NCBI GenBank assembly: GCA_902583575.1
Contig: CACHWY010000003.1
Span: 22,962-86,961 of the forward strand
From: an uncultured SAR86 cluster bacterium
GTDB taxonomy: Bacteria; Pseudomonadota; Gammaproteobacteria; Magnimaribacterales; D2472
Reading direction: 5' to 3'
DNA length: 64,000 nt
Positions 36,004 to 46,376 of this stretch are shown here, one piece after another. Numbering within the stretch: position 1 is the first letter of the stretch; every line of letters starts with the position of its first letter. The position numbers and the translations under genes are program-made. A model generated the notes under the pieces. The model was not told where the DNA came from. It did not search any database and saw nothing but the letters and a program-made list of their open reading frames with translations.

Positions 36004-36891
36004 ATGATTAATTATCTAATATTGCTATCTTTAATCTCTATCCTAGTAATCCTAATTTACCTATTATTTAGTATAAAAAATAAAGAGACCTCTGATAAAG
36101 GAGGAAATAATAATATCCAAAATAAACTTAATGAAGTTTCTAACGATATTAATAAAATTGAAAATGATTTAGCCTCGGTTACAACACCAATAAATGAATT
36201 AAACAGATTCCTTGGTGGAAATGTAACAACAGGGAGACTAGGAGAATGGAGCATGGAATCCATAGTTCAAGATATTATGCCTGATGACAGTTATAAATTT
36301 CAGGCCCAGATCAATCCCGATTCTTCTGACAGAGCTGATTGCTCAATTACTACTGCAGAAGGCTTTATTGTTCCGATAGATTCAAAATTTTATGCTGGTC
36401 AATATCAAAGCTATCAATCAGCTGGAAGTGATGCTGAAAGAAAAAAAGTATTAAGAGATCTAAGAACTGCTGTCTTAAGAGATGCTGATGACATATCAAA
36501 GAAATATATATTACAAAACACCACATCAAATTATGTAATCCTATACATAGCTTCTGAAAAACTTATTGATTTAGTAGACAAGATAGATGATTTACGACAG
36601 GAATGTCTTGCAGAAAAAAGCACTCTCATACTTGGGCCTAATACTCTAGCAGCTTTCTTAGATACTATTAGAGTTGGGCATCATTACCTAAAACTAAATG
36701 AGACTGCCTCAAAAGTCGCTAAGGTTGTTAGGGGTATTCAAAAAGAATTTTCAAATTTTGATTCAAGCACAGAAAATGTTGTTAAAAGATTAGATGGGGC
36801 TTTAAAAGATGTTCAAAAACTTCAAACAAGAGTGAATGTCTTGGGTAATAAACTTGAAAAAGGCGCAGAAAGTTTAGAAGAAGAGAATTAA
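36004..36891 (+). CDS. rmuC: DNA recombination protein RmuC (short form)
   Basis: N-terminal TM helix, a short coiled coil, and an RmuC nuclease-like core (PIDSKF...YILQNTTSNYVILYIASE). I prefer the ATG start at 36004. The track's GTG at 35983 would overlap the divergent aminotransferase start. Confidence 0.7.
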   Translation: MINYLILLSLISILVILIYLLFSIKNKETSDKGGNNNIQNKLNEVSNDINKIENDLASVTTPINELNRFLGGNVTTGRLGEWSMESIVQDIMPDDSYKFQAQINPDSSDRADCSITTAEGFIVPIDSKFYAGQYQSYQSAGSDAERKKVLRDLRTAVLRDADDISKKYILQNTTSNYVILYIASEKLIDLVDKIDDLRQECLAEKSTLILGPNTLAAFLDTIRVGHHYLKLNETASKVAKVVRGIQKEFSNFDSSTENVVKRLDGALKDVQKLQTRVNVLGNKLEKGAESLEEEN

Positions 36892-36925
36892 TAATAAAAT
36901 ATAAGTAATCTGTAGATATTAAATA

Positions 36926-38476
36926 ATGCAAAACTTAAAGATTTGGAATTACCTTTCATTGCCTTGGGTGGGCTTCACCCTAGCCTTCTTTATAGTCTTC
37001 TTCTTTTTAGCTTTTTCTAGTGAAATTGATAACTCATTTTTATCAAATAATTATTTGGCAAACCTATTTTTTAACACTGTTTTACTTTCATTTAGTTCAG
37101 CAACTTTATCCGCATTAATAGCTGTACCACTTGCCATATTGGTAACATTTTATAAATTCCCGGGTCATAAATTTTTTAGTTGGGGCCTTAGCCTTTCGAT
37201 TGCATTTCCAGCATATGTTTATGCTTTTATTTTTGTGGGTATCTTTGAATACGCAAGTCCAATATCAGAATATTTAAGAACTTTAAATATTACACTGCCC
37301 TCAATAAAAAATATCTTTGGAGCATCGGTGATAATGTCTATGGCTTTATTCCCATATATATTCCTCATTACAAAAGCTCAACTTTCATCTGTTGGAGTAG
37401 GAATCTTTAAAGCAGCTAAATCTCTTGGTAATAATAATCTAACAGCTATAAGGAAAATTATTATCCCATCATTAAAACCTACCATTATTACTGGTATGGC
37501 TCTAGTCGTATTTGAAACAATTGCAGACTTTGGTGGAGTTTCAACTCTTAGAGTAGAGACATTTACTGTAGGCATTTATGATGCATGGTTTGGGTATCAA
37601 AATTATTTCTCTGCAGCAAGATTAGCCGGATACTTATTAATCTTTGTTTTCTTTATTATGTTTATTTCAAAATATTTTGGTAAAGAAAAAGGGATAGCGT
37701 CAAAGACTGCCGAAGTATTTCAAAAAATAGAACTTAGTAATACTAAGCAACTTATTCTAAGTTTAATTTGTTTAATAGTATTTTGTATTGTTTTCTGTAT
37801 ACCTCTTGCACAATTAATAATATGGCATCTGTCTGATTCAAATTTAAATCTTTTAGATAATAGATATTTGTTACTAAACTCTATAATAATTGGAGTATGC
37901 GCATCATTATTTACAATATTGTTTGCAATAGCTTTGTCTCTCAGCTATAGAAATTTTAGAAAATTAAGGTTATTTATATCAATTTCTTCATCAGGATATG
38001 CAATACCAGGTTCTGTAATATCTGCAGCTCTTTTAATTGGTTTTTATACCCTATTTGGTACCTCTATTACTTTGTATGGAATTTATGGACTGATATTGTG
38101 TTTAAGCTTAAGGTTTATGACACCAGCCTTTAACTATGTTTCATCATCTCTATCAAATATTTCTCAGTCGGCAGAAAATGCATTAGCTACACAACCCAAA
38201 AATCCATATAAAGCTTTTAGTTCATTTTATCTACCCCAGATGAGACCAGCAATATTTCTAAGCATAATGGTTGTTTTTATTGAATGCATTAAAGAACAGC
38301 CCGCAACCCTACTATTACGTCCTGTCGGCTTTGATACTCTTTCAACAAAAATTTATAACTACACCAGTGAAGGTCAATGGGAAATGGCTGCAAGTCCAAG
38401 CCTGTTATTAATAATGATAAGTCTTATCTTTGTATATTTAATTAATAAAAATATAGATCTAAATAAGAATTTATAA
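36926..38476 (+). CDS. Two-domain ABC transporter permease (FbpB/ferric-iron or thiamine-type)
   Basis: 516 aa with about 12 TM segments. The EAA-like loops are duplicated (KAAKSLGNNNLTAIRKIIIPSLKP, and a second region near LPQMRPA). Confidence 0.7.
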   Translation: MQNLKIWNYLSLPWVGFTLAFFIVFFFLAFSSEIDNSFLSNNYLANLFFNTVLLSFSSATLSALIAVPLAILVTFYKFPGHKFFSWGLSLSIAFPAYVYAFIFVGIFEYASPISEYLRTLNITLPSIKNIFGASVIMSMALFPYIFLITKAQLSSVGVGIFKAAKSLGNNNLTAIRKIIIPSLKPTIITGMALVVFETIADFGGVSTLRVETFTVGIYDAWFGYQNYFSAARLAGYLLIFVFFIMFISKYFGKEKGIASKTAEVFQKIELSNTKQLILSLICLIVFCIVFCIPLAQLIIWHLSDSNLNLLDNRYLLLNSIIIGVCASLFTILFAIALSLSYRNFRKLRLFISISSSGYAIPGSVISAALLIGFYTLFGTSITLYGIYGLILCLSLRFMTPAFNYVSSSLSNISQSAENALATQPKNPYKAFSSFYLPQMRPAIFLSIMVVFIECIKEQPATLLLRPVGFDTLSTKIYNYTSEGQWEMAASPSLLLIMISLIFVYLINKNIDLNKNL

Positions 38477-38480
38477 ATAT

Positions 38481-38966
38481 ATGAAAGAATCTGGTTATAG
38501 GCTAAATGTAGGATTGGTTATCGCAAATAAAAAAGGTCAGCTATTGCTATGCAAAAAAACGGGTATGAATAGTTGGCAATTTCCTCAAGGAGGAATTGAC
38601 TATGCAGAAGAACCTCTGAAAGCTGCAAAAAGAGAACTTTATGAAGAAGTAGGTATTAAATCTAATTCAGTAAAATTAATTCATTCATTAGAAGATTGGC
38701 TTAAATATGATGTGCCTAAGAAAAGTCGAAGAAGAAAACTAATTAATAAGAATTTTAAAGGTCAAAAACAAAAGTGGTTCCTATTTAAATTAAAAGAGAA
38801 TGTCGAGATCTCTTTTGCAAATGATCCAGATAATGAATTTGATGACTTTAAATGGGTTTCATACTGGTATCCTTTAACTGTAATCATCTCATTCAAAGAA
38901 AAAGTCTATCGAGAGGCCTTAAATAAACTAAAATATTCTTTCTGCAGAGAGTTTAATGATGTTTGA
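38481..38966 (+). CDS. rppH: RNA pyrophosphohydrolase
   Basis: GYRLNVGLVI start and the Nudix box GGIDYAEEPLKAAKRELYEEVGI. WQFPQGG is typical of RppH. Confidence 0.9.
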   Translation: MKESGYRLNVGLVIANKKGQLLLCKKTGMNSWQFPQGGIDYAEEPLKAAKRELYEEVGIKSNSVKLIHSLEDWLKYDVPKKSRRRKLINKNFKGQKQKWFLFKLKENVEISFANDPDNEFDDFKWVSYWYPLTVIISFKEKVYREALNKLKYSFCREFNDV

Positions 38967-39750
38967 TGAAATATTTATTTTTGGTGCACTGGGAATACTG
39001 GCTGGTCTCTTAGCCGGAATGTTTGGAATTGGTGGAGGTTTAATAATGGTTCCTGTTTTAATTGGAACATTTATTAATTTAGGCTTTGCTGATGAGATCA
39101 TTATCCAGCTTGCAATAGGAACAGCTATATCTTGTATTATTTTTACTGGTCTATCTTCTGCAAATGCTCATAGAAAAAAAAATTCTATAGATTTTAATCA
39201 ATTTAAACCTGTGGCTACAGGTATTATATTTGGGGCATTTGCTGGAGCATTATTTGCCGTCCAAATTAAAGGTGTAATCCTAAAATTATCAATTGCAGTG
39301 TTTGTTTTACTAGTAGGTTTGCAAATTCTATTTGACATAAATATTACTTCTAAGAAAATTAATCCAAATAAACCTAAATCAATTTTTGCAGGTTCTATAA
39401 TTGGATTCCTTTCATCCATTCTTGGTATAGGCGGCGGTACATTTTCAGTGCCTTACTTTAAAGCATCTGGGTCAAGTTTAACTACTGCAATTGGTACTTC
39501 GGCAGCTTGCGGTGTTCCAATAGCAATTTTTGGAACGCTTGGATATATCATTGCTGGAATAAATGTCGATATACTACCCAATATGAGTTTTGGTTATATT
39601 TATATTCCTGCTGTGCTTGGAGTTTCAATAACTAGTATCTTCGCCGCAAAGTATGGAGCAGATCTTGCTCATTATTTATCACAAACTGCTCTTAAAAGAC
39701 TAATGGCATCTTGGTTTTTTATAGTGTCAATATATATGTTTATCGTATGA
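38956..39750 (+). CDS. TauE/SafE family anion exporter membrane protein
   Basis: 264 aa polytopic protein with duplicated GIGGG motifs (GMFGIGGGLIMVP and GIGGGTFSVP). Confidence 0.8.
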   Translation: MMFDEIFIFGALGILAGLLAGMFGIGGGLIMVPVLIGTFINLGFADEIIIQLAIGTAISCIIFTGLSSANAHRKKNSIDFNQFKPVATGIIFGAFAGALFAVQIKGVILKLSIAVFVLLVGLQILFDINITSKKINPNKPKSIFAGSIIGFLSSILGIGGGTFSVPYFKASGSSLTTAIGTSAACGVPIAIFGTLGYIIAGINVDILPNMSFGYIYIPAVLGVSITSIFAAKYGADLAHYLSQTALKRLMASWFFIVSIYMFIV

Positions 39751-40544
39751 TTATTGAGCTATCAGATTTTTTTAATAACCCCAGCCTAATTGAATTAGGG
39801 CCGCTAAAAATTCAATATTATGCAGTTACATGGCTTATATCTGCTGTCCTAATCTATATCTTTTTAAAAAATAATAATGTAATTAAAGAAATAGGTTTAA
39901 ATGAAGATGCTGTTAACGATATGGTTTTTTTGTATGGACTATTTTTTGGGGCTATTTGTGGGGGAAGGATAGGTTATATGCTATTTTATGGGATGAACCA
40001 ACTAGCAAATGACCCTTTCTCATTATTCTATATTTGGCAAGGTGGATTAAGCTTTCATGGCGGTTTGTTAGGTGTAATTGTTAGTTTAATTATATTTTGT
40101 AAAAAGAAAGGTATTGAATTCCTTAGATTAATGGATGGAGTTGCATTAGCAATGCCCATAGGATTAGGACTGGTAAGGATTGGAAATTTCTTAAACGGAG
40201 AGTTGTACGGAAAGGCAACTAATGGAGAATGGGGTTTTATATTTCCTACCGACCCTTTTGGGATTCTGCGACACCCTTCTCAAATCTATGAAAGTATTGG
40301 CGAAGGATTAATCTTGTTTGTTATATTATTTCTGATAAATAAGAACACTAATATTAAGGGTATAGTTTCTTCATCATTTCTTATTTTTTATGGATTAATA
40401 AGATTTATAATTGAATTCTTTAGGCAGCCTGATGCGCATATTGGTTATGTTGCTTTTGATTCAATTAGTATGGGACAAATATTATGTATACCTATGATAA
40501 TAATAGGATTTTTGATATTAATGTATTCTAGGAAGAACGCATGA
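39747..40544 (+). CDS. lgt: Prolipoprotein diacylglyceryl transferase
   Basis: GGRIGYMLFY, WQGGLSFHGGLLG, RIGNFLNGELYG and HPSQIYE. I prefer the start at ATG 39747 (an ATGA overlap with the TauE stop). The longest ORF starts at 39711. Confidence 0.92.
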   Translation: MIIELSDFFNNPSLIELGPLKIQYYAVTWLISAVLIYIFLKNNNVIKEIGLNEDAVNDMVFLYGLFFGAICGGRIGYMLFYGMNQLANDPFSLFYIWQGGLSFHGGLLGVIVSLIIFCKKKGIEFLRLMDGVALAMPIGLGLVRIGNFLNGELYGKATNGEWGFIFPTDPFGILRHPSQIYESIGEGLILFVILFLINKNTNIKGIVSSSFLIFYGLIRFIIEFFRQPDAHIGYVAFDSISMGQILCIPMIIIGFLILMYSRKNA

Positions 40545-41404
40545 AAATATATTTAGATCTTCTACGTCACATATTAGAAAATGGCGAAGAAAAAGATGAT
40601 AGAACTAACACAGGAACAATATCTTCATTCGGACATCAATTAGAGTTTGATTTAGAGCAAGGATTCCCAGCAGTTACTACAAAGTCACTAGCATGGAAAG
40701 GAGTTGTTTCAGAGCTTTTATGGTTTCTTGAAGGGTCTGATGATGAACGAAGGCTAGCAGAAATAAGATTTAATAAAGATAGGTCTGAAATTACTGATCT
40801 AGAAAAATATTCTACTATTTGGACAGATAATGCAGATAGCCAAGGAAAAGAGCTAGGTTATGAGAATTCTGAAATAAAAAAAATTCTTGGTCCTGTCTAT
40901 GGAGTGCAATGGCGAAACTGGAATGGCAATGATCAAGTCAAAAATTTATTAGATGGTCTTAAAAATAATCCAGACGGGAGAAGACATATCCTTTCTGCTT
41001 GGAATGTAGGTGAAATAAATAAAATGGCATTGCCTCCTTGCCATGTAATGTCTCAGTTTTATATACATAAAGATTCAATAAGCTGCCATATGTATCAAAG
41101 AAGTGCTGATATGTTCTTAGGGGTACCATTTAATATAGCTAGCTATGCGCTACTTTTATCAATTTTCGCTGAAATATTAGGACTTAAGCCAAAAAGATTT
41201 ATACATTCTTTTGGTGATGCTCATATATATAAGAACTCTATTGAACAAGTTAAAGAACAAATCTCTAGAACGCCAAGATCGCTACCCAAACTTATTGTTC
41301 CTGAGCTTAATTCAATCGATGATTTAAAAAAATATAGCATTGATGATTTTATTCTAGAAGATTACGACCCACATCCTCAAATTAAAGCAGAAATGGCAGT
41401 CTAA
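40541..41404 (+). CDS. thyA: Thymidylate synthase (ThyA)
   Basis: YLDLLRHILENG, DRTNTGT, LPPCH with the catalytic Cys, and SADMFLGVPFNIASYALL. It follows lgt, as in E. coli. Confidence 0.95.
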   Translation: MKIYLDLLRHILENGEEKDDRTNTGTISSFGHQLEFDLEQGFPAVTTKSLAWKGVVSELLWFLEGSDDERRLAEIRFNKDRSEITDLEKYSTIWTDNADSQGKELGYENSEIKKILGPVYGVQWRNWNGNDQVKNLLDGLKNNPDGRRHILSAWNVGEINKMALPPCHVMSQFYIHKDSISCHMYQRSADMFLGVPFNIASYALLLSIFAEILGLKPKRFIHSFGDAHIYKNSIEQVKEQISRTPRSLPKLIVPELNSIDDLKKYSIDDFILEDYDPHPQIKAEMAV

Positions 41405-41911
41405 ATGGTAACAATTTCTCATGTAGTTGCGCTTTCAAATAATAATGTAATTGGGGTTAATAATAGCCTACCTTGGAATCTTAAAACTGATCTCGCACAT
41501 TTTAAAAATTACACGTCTAATAAAATTATCGTAATGGGAAGAAAAACTTACGAATCTATTGGTCGCCCTCTTCCAAATAGGATAAATCTAATAGTTTCTA
41601 ACACGATCAAAGAAATCAATGGTGCTGAATTATTTAAAAATACAGAAGATGCAATTAATAAAGCCAAAGAACTTTGTATTAATAAGAATCTTGATGAGAT
41701 TATAATTATTGGTGGTGGATATCTTTTTAGAGATACGCTATCTATTACAAATAAATTAGTTCTAACTAAAGTTGATTGTAATATTGAAGGAGATGTTTTT
41801 TATCCAGATATTGATCTTAATGAATGGGAAAAGTTAAGTTCTGAACATTTTACAAAGGATTCAGATAATGATTATGACTTCACAGTCATTACATATGAAA
41901 AATCTATGTAG
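41405..41911 (+). CDS. folA: Dihydrofolate reductase
   Basis: NNVIGVNNSLPWNLKTDLAHFK, IVMGRKTYESIGRPLPNR and IIGGG, 168 aa. Confidence 0.92.
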   Translation: MVTISHVVALSNNNVIGVNNSLPWNLKTDLAHFKNYTSNKIIVMGRKTYESIGRPLPNRINLIVSNTIKEINGAELFKNTEDAINKAKELCINKNLDEIIIIGGGYLFRDTLSITNKLVLTKVDCNIEGDVFYPDIDLNEWEKLSSEHFTKDSDNDYDFTVITYEKSM

Positions 41912-43316
41912 AGTTTTGTTGGATATAGTCTCTTCTTAAAGCTAAATTTGCGACCCTGATTTCTTCATTTTCAGTATATTTAATCCAATTATTAGCCTGA
42001 GTCTTAATCTTTTTCTTTTTATCTCTCGCGGCTATTCTAAAATTTTTCTTTGCTTCCTCAAATTCTTGAAGCTCAAAATAAGCTTGGCCAAGTGTTAAAT
42101 ATACTTGAGAAAGATTTTTTATTTTCCCCTTTTCTAGTCCTTTCTTTATTGAAGCAACGGCTTCGTTGACCCTGTCTTCAGATAAATATAAATTACCTAA
42201 AAGAACATAAGACTCGCCGTCTTTTGACATAGAGGCAGATTTTTCTAAAACTGGAATTGCTCTATCTATTTCTTGCGCCATTCTTAACGAATCCGCTAAA
42301 AGTTTAAGATTTTTTTCTGTATCTTTAACTACTGGAACAATTTTTTCTTCTTCAGTTTCTTCGTCAACAATAGTGATCATCTTCTTTTGGCCTGATATTA
42401 GAACTTCCGCAGCCCAATAAGGATTTTTATTCAATAAGAGTAGTTGAGCTAATGCTTTATATTCAGATTCTTTATCTAAAAAATCTTTTGCATGAGCTGC
42501 CTTTAATGTAATCATGTAATCCCTTTCCCTTCCAAGCTGACCATAAACGCCACCAAGTTGGATAAAGTATAATTTTTTAGGATAAAGATTTACTAAAATT
42601 TCATAAATCGGGAGCTGTCTTCTAAGAGATTCTTTTTCACCGATTTCACTTTTCATTTCACTTATGTTGGCTGCCATAATCACATACCAATTTTCTCTTG
42701 GTTTATATCCCTCTTCTTCTGCTAATTTAATAGCTGTTTCTATAGAAGATAATGATTTTTTGTAATCTTCTAATGAAAAATATGCTTGTCCAAGCAGAGC
42801 ATATGATTGAGCAGTTACTTTTTCGATCTCTTTTTGCCACTGAAGAACATATTGAATTCCTCTTTTATAATCTTCTTGAACCATATAGAGTTGTCCTAAA
42901 GACAAAAGAGCTCCTGTTCTTAATGGGATAGTTACTTCAGGCTCAGCAATTAATTTTCGATATGCATCCATTGCTTGTGTATATTTTTCACTACTGAAAT
43001 ATACATATGCCCACGCGTTCCACATAACCGATCGGTCATAACTCTTTAATTCATCTTTATCATTTCTTAATTCAGTTAAGATTCTTGTCACAGTCTCCAT
43101 GTCCGGCGCTGGCTCACCTTTATCATCAACCACTTCAAGTGCTTCATATACTTTAGCCATTTTTTTAGCTGTTGATGCTTGAAGAGCTCTTGCTTTTTTA
43201 TATTTAACTGGTTGTTTTTTTAATGCTTCATCTTCTTGAGCTCTAATATGTAAAGAAGAAAAAGAAAAACTAATTACAAGTATTGAAAAAAGGAAAAATG
43301 AAATTTTTTTTCTCAT
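41904..43316 (-). CDS. Secreted TPR-repeat protein, TonB2-system accessory (TtpD-like by position)
   Basis: Signal peptide, then repeated TPR-like units (LGQAYFSLEDYKKS, LGQAYFELQEFEEA). It is the last gene of the TonB cluster. Confidence 0.65.
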   Translation of the reverse strand: MRKKISFFLFSILVISFSFSSLHIRAQEDEALKKQPVKYKKARALQASTAKKMAKVYEALEVVDDKGEPAPDMETVTRILTELRNDKDELKSYDRSVMWNAWAYVYFSSEKYTQAMDAYRKLIAEPEVTIPLRTGALLSLGQLYMVQEDYKRGIQYVLQWQKEIEKVTAQSYALLGQAYFSLEDYKKSLSSIETAIKLAEEEGYKPRENWYVIMAANISEMKSEIGEKESLRRQLPIYEILVNLYPKKLYFIQLGGVYGQLGRERDYMITLKAAHAKDFLDKESEYKALAQLLLLNKNPYWAAEVLISGQKKMITIVDEETEEEKIVPVVKDTEKNLKLLADSLRMAQEIDRAIPVLEKSASMSKDGESYVLLGNLYLSEDRVNEAVASIKKGLEKGKIKNLSQVYLTLGQAYFELQEFEEAKKNFRIAARDKKKKIKTQANNWIKYTENEEIRVANLALRRDYIQQNST

Positions 43317-43325
43317 AATATTAAA

Positions 43326-44027
43326 TTAGCCCTCATCAAGTATATATGTAAACCTATGCAATACATCATCTACCGGAACTGCCTTACCATCAACAATTTT
43401 AGGTTTATATTTTAACTTTAATGCTGCTCTTGCTGATGCGCTATTAAACATAGAGCATGGCCTAAATTCAACAGTAGGATCTTCAGGGCTTTTGCTGGAA
43501 CAATATCCTTCAACTGGAACAGCATTTTCGACACTACCTGTTTCAGTAATTGTAAATGATACTAACGCATAACCCATTGTCCCTCTTTCTTGAGCTCTCC
43601 TAGGATAAATAGGTACAACTTTAAATAATGGAATATATTCACCGTCTCTAAAAAATGATCCGCCTGCTTTAAAATTTGGTTTTGGTTTTGCTATGCTGAC
43701 ATCTAGACCAGTGAGCGGCTGAAGATCAAGCTCTGGTTGAGCTATATCTTCTGGTTGTTCGTCTGGCTTATCTGGTTTATCAAGCTCACTCATAAAGGTA
43801 TCAATTTCTCTTTCTGGCATAACAATATCTGTAAGTTTTACCGAAGTATCTTCCTTAATGCCACTATCCCCTAAAGCAATTAAAATAACCATTATAAAAA
43901 ATAATGCGACAGTTATGAGAGAAGAGAATCCTATTCCAGCTGCATATTTATTTGCATTAAAAGCCCTAACATACATTTCATGTATTGGCTTCGTTACAGA
44001 ATTTAAAGCAGAAAGAACTTGATCCAT
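43326..44027 (-). CDS. tonB: Energy transducer TonB
   Basis: N-terminal anchor helix, a Pro/Glu/Asp-rich spacer (KPDKPDEQPEDIAQPELD) and a C-terminal TonB domain (YPRRAQERGTMGYALVSFTITETGSV). Confidence 0.88.
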   Translation of the reverse strand: MDQVLSALNSVTKPIHEMYVRAFNANKYAAGIGFSSLITVALFFIMVILIALGDSGIKEDTSVKLTDIVMPEREIDTFMSELDKPDKPDEQPEDIAQPELDLQPLTGLDVSIAKPKPNFKAGGSFFRDGEYIPLFKVVPIYPRRAQERGTMGYALVSFTITETGSVENAVPVEGYCSSKSPEDPTVEFRPCSMFNSASARAALKLKYKPKIVDGKAVPVDDVLHRFTYILDEG

Positions 44028-44030
44028 AAT

Positions 44031-44441
44031 TTATTTTGGTTCTGATGCTAATGAAATTGCGTTTACACCTGCTTCTCTAGCACCATCCATAACCTTTATA
44101 ATTGTGTCTGCGATTGCTTGCTCATCAGCCTGAATTACAACTGATCCTTGAGGGTTATCAGCAAGCATTTTTACAACGTTTGCTTTCACCTGTCTAACAT
44201 CAATTCTTCTTCCATCCATCCAAACCTCATCATTAGCTCCAACCGCAATTAATATAGCAGCATTCTCTTGGGTTTCTGCTGTCTCAGAATCCGGTCTATT
44301 AATTTCAAGTCCTGGTTCTTTTATAAAATTTGCAGTAACAATAAAGAAGATAAGCATGATGAAAACAACATCAAGCATAGGAGTTAAATTAATTTCACTT
44401 TCTTCGTCTTTTACTGCTGTAGTTATTGCATTTCTTCTCAT
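44031..44441 (-). CDS. exbD: Biopolymer transport protein ExbD/TolR
   Basis: EINLTPMLDVVFIMLIFFIV, then a periplasmic domain. Size is 136 aa. Confidence 0.9.
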   Translation of the reverse strand: MRRNAITTAVKDEESEINLTPMLDVVFIMLIFFIVTANFIKEPGLEINRPDSETAETQENAAILIAVGANDEVWMDGRRIDVRQVKANVVKMLADNPQGSVVIQADEQAIADTIIKVMDGAREAGVNAISLASEPK

Positions 44442-44450
44442 CTCAATCTC

Positions 44451-44981
44451 CTATAATTCTCTCTTAATTAATTCATTTAAGTCATTTGTATGTCTCTCTG
44501 ATGCGCTATTTAAATATATGCTCGCAAATACTCCGGAAAGAGCCACAACCATACCTGCCATAGTTGGTAAAGTAGCCTTTGAAACTCCTCCTGCCATTGC
44601 TCTGGCATCGCCCCCACCATTAAATGCCATTACTTGGAATACTTCTATCATCCCCGTAACTGTGCCTAACAATCCAAATAATGGAGCAAGCACTACACAA
44701 GTCTGAATTATTGACAGATTTTTACTAATCTCTACTTTTGCTTGTGAAATCATCTTTTCGCGAATTTGTAGTGCATGCCATGAGGTTTTATCTGATCTAT
44801 TTTTCCATTTGCTGGATAGATCTTGAATATAAAAATCGTGGCTATGAGAAAAATACCAAATTCTTTCAAAAATCAATGCCCACATAAAGAAGACTAAAAT
44901 TGCAATTAACCATAAAACAGTGCCACCCGCTTCCATAAAATCTCTTATGGATGAAAAAGCTTCTGTTATAGCAAAAAACAT
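44451..44981 (-). CDS. exbB: MotA/TolQ/ExbB proton-channel protein (short ExbB)
   Basis: APLFGLLGTVTGMIEVF and ALSGVFAS, 176 aa with three TM segments. Confidence 0.88.
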   Translation of the reverse strand: MFFAITEAFSSIRDFMEAGGTVLWLIAILVFFMWALIFERIWYFSHSHDFYIQDLSSKWKNRSDKTSWHALQIREKMISQAKVEISKNLSIIQTCVVLAPLFGLLGTVTGMIEVFQVMAFNGGGDARAMAGGVSKATLPTMAGMVVALSGVFASIYLNSASERHTNDLNELIKREL

Positions 44982-44990
44982 AATTAGCTA

Positions 44991-46376
44991 CTATTTCTCT
45001 GCTCGTTCTGCAAGAATTCCTGTGCTTTGCTCTTCTAAAACACTAATAATACCTTTAGCAGAAGATGCTGCAAAAGAATGTAATAGAGTTGTAGGAATTG
45101 CAACTAAGAGACCTAGAACCGTTGTAACAAGGGCTTGAGAAATACCGCCAGCCATTAATTTTGGATCTCCAGTACCGTATAAAGTAATCATCTGGAAAGT
45201 TACAATCATACCTGTAACTGTTCCTAGCAAACCTGCCAGAGGTGCTACTACTGATATTATTCTAACAGCACCAATACCCCTCTCAATTTCAGGTCTTTCA
45301 GCCATAATTGCTTCAGCAAGTTTTAATTCTAATGTATCAATATCTTTCTTAAAGTTATCTTCTCCAACTTTAAGAACTCTTCCTAATGGATTTCTTACAT
45401 CAACAGCTTTAGATTTCGACTGTTTTTTAACTGCTAAACCTAACATATATAAGCTATAGAGTTTCCAGAAAGCTAGACCAATACCAATCAAACCAACAAA
45501 TATGATTGCATATCCAACTTCTCTACCTTGTTGAGCTCTCTCAAGCAATGATGGAGTTTGAATCAAGTTTGCTAAGAGACTTCCACCTTGTGGTCCTGTT
45601 GGGTCAACTCCAAACTTAACTATTTCGCCCACATCAGCATTACCCACTTTTTTAGCAGTCTTGGTATATCTACCCTCAGGCTGCCTAGGCAAAAATGCAT
45701 AATCGCCGGTTGATGAAATATATTCTAAATATTTACCATCACACACAGCATTAAATAATCCAACCCTAGTTACATTACATGCAGATGACTCTCCATCAGG
45801 ATCAATAACATTTGTATCAAACGATACGACCTGGCCACTGGCTATCATTTCTCTTTGTAATTCGAACCATAAACCTTCAATTTCTCTTATAGTTGGAAGT
45901 TCGGTTGTTTCTGACATTTTAGAAGTAAGATCATTTAAAAAAGCAACTCTCTCTACTCCGTATTGCGGGCCAGTTAAAGAGCCTGAGAATTGAACAGCAG
46001 CCTCACCTGCAGAACTCTGCAAATGACCAAAAAGCTCTACCAATGAACCAAGTTCTTTTTGATAAGCCTCTTCTTTTACTACTAGTATTGCCTCATTCTT
46101 TTTATATTCAGCCTCTAATTGATCTGCAATTTTTTCTTGACGAGCTAGCTCTCTTTTTTCGGCTGCAAGTATTGAAGCTTGTTTATTCTTATCAGCCATA
46201 AATTTAGCTTCTCTATCTGAATTAGCAGCTTGTTCTTTTGTTTTACCTTCTTTCACAAGCATCAAAAGAGCTTCAACTGTTGAAACTTCATTTGTCTCTT
46301 CTTCAGAATCTTGTGCAAATACAAAAGTATTAAATGAAAGCACAAGAACAAATAATATTGATAAAAACTTATTCAT
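44991..46376 (-). CDS. Large MotA/TolQ/ExbB-family protein with long periplasmic N-terminal domain (TtpC-like)
   Basis: 461 aa. Signal peptide, a coiled-coil-rich N-terminal half, then a C-terminal ExbB core (APLAGLLGTVTGMIVTFQ). Confidence 0.8.
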   Translation of the reverse strand: MNKFLSILFVLVLSFNTFVFAQDSEEETNEVSTVEALLMLVKEGKTKEQAANSDREAKFMADKNKQASILAAEKRELARQEKIADQLEAEYKKNEAILVVKEEAYQKELGSLVELFGHLQSSAGEAAVQFSGSLTGPQYGVERVAFLNDLTSKMSETTELPTIREIEGLWFELQREMIASGQVVSFDTNVIDPDGESSACNVTRVGLFNAVCDGKYLEYISSTGDYAFLPRQPEGRYTKTAKKVGNADVGEIVKFGVDPTGPQGGSLLANLIQTPSLLERAQQGREVGYAIIFVGLIGIGLAFWKLYSLYMLGLAVKKQSKSKAVDVRNPLGRVLKVGEDNFKKDIDTLELKLAEAIMAERPEIERGIGAVRIISVVAPLAGLLGTVTGMIVTFQMITLYGTGDPKLMAGGISQALVTTVLGLLVAIPTTLLHSFAASSAKGIISVLEEQSTGILAERAEK

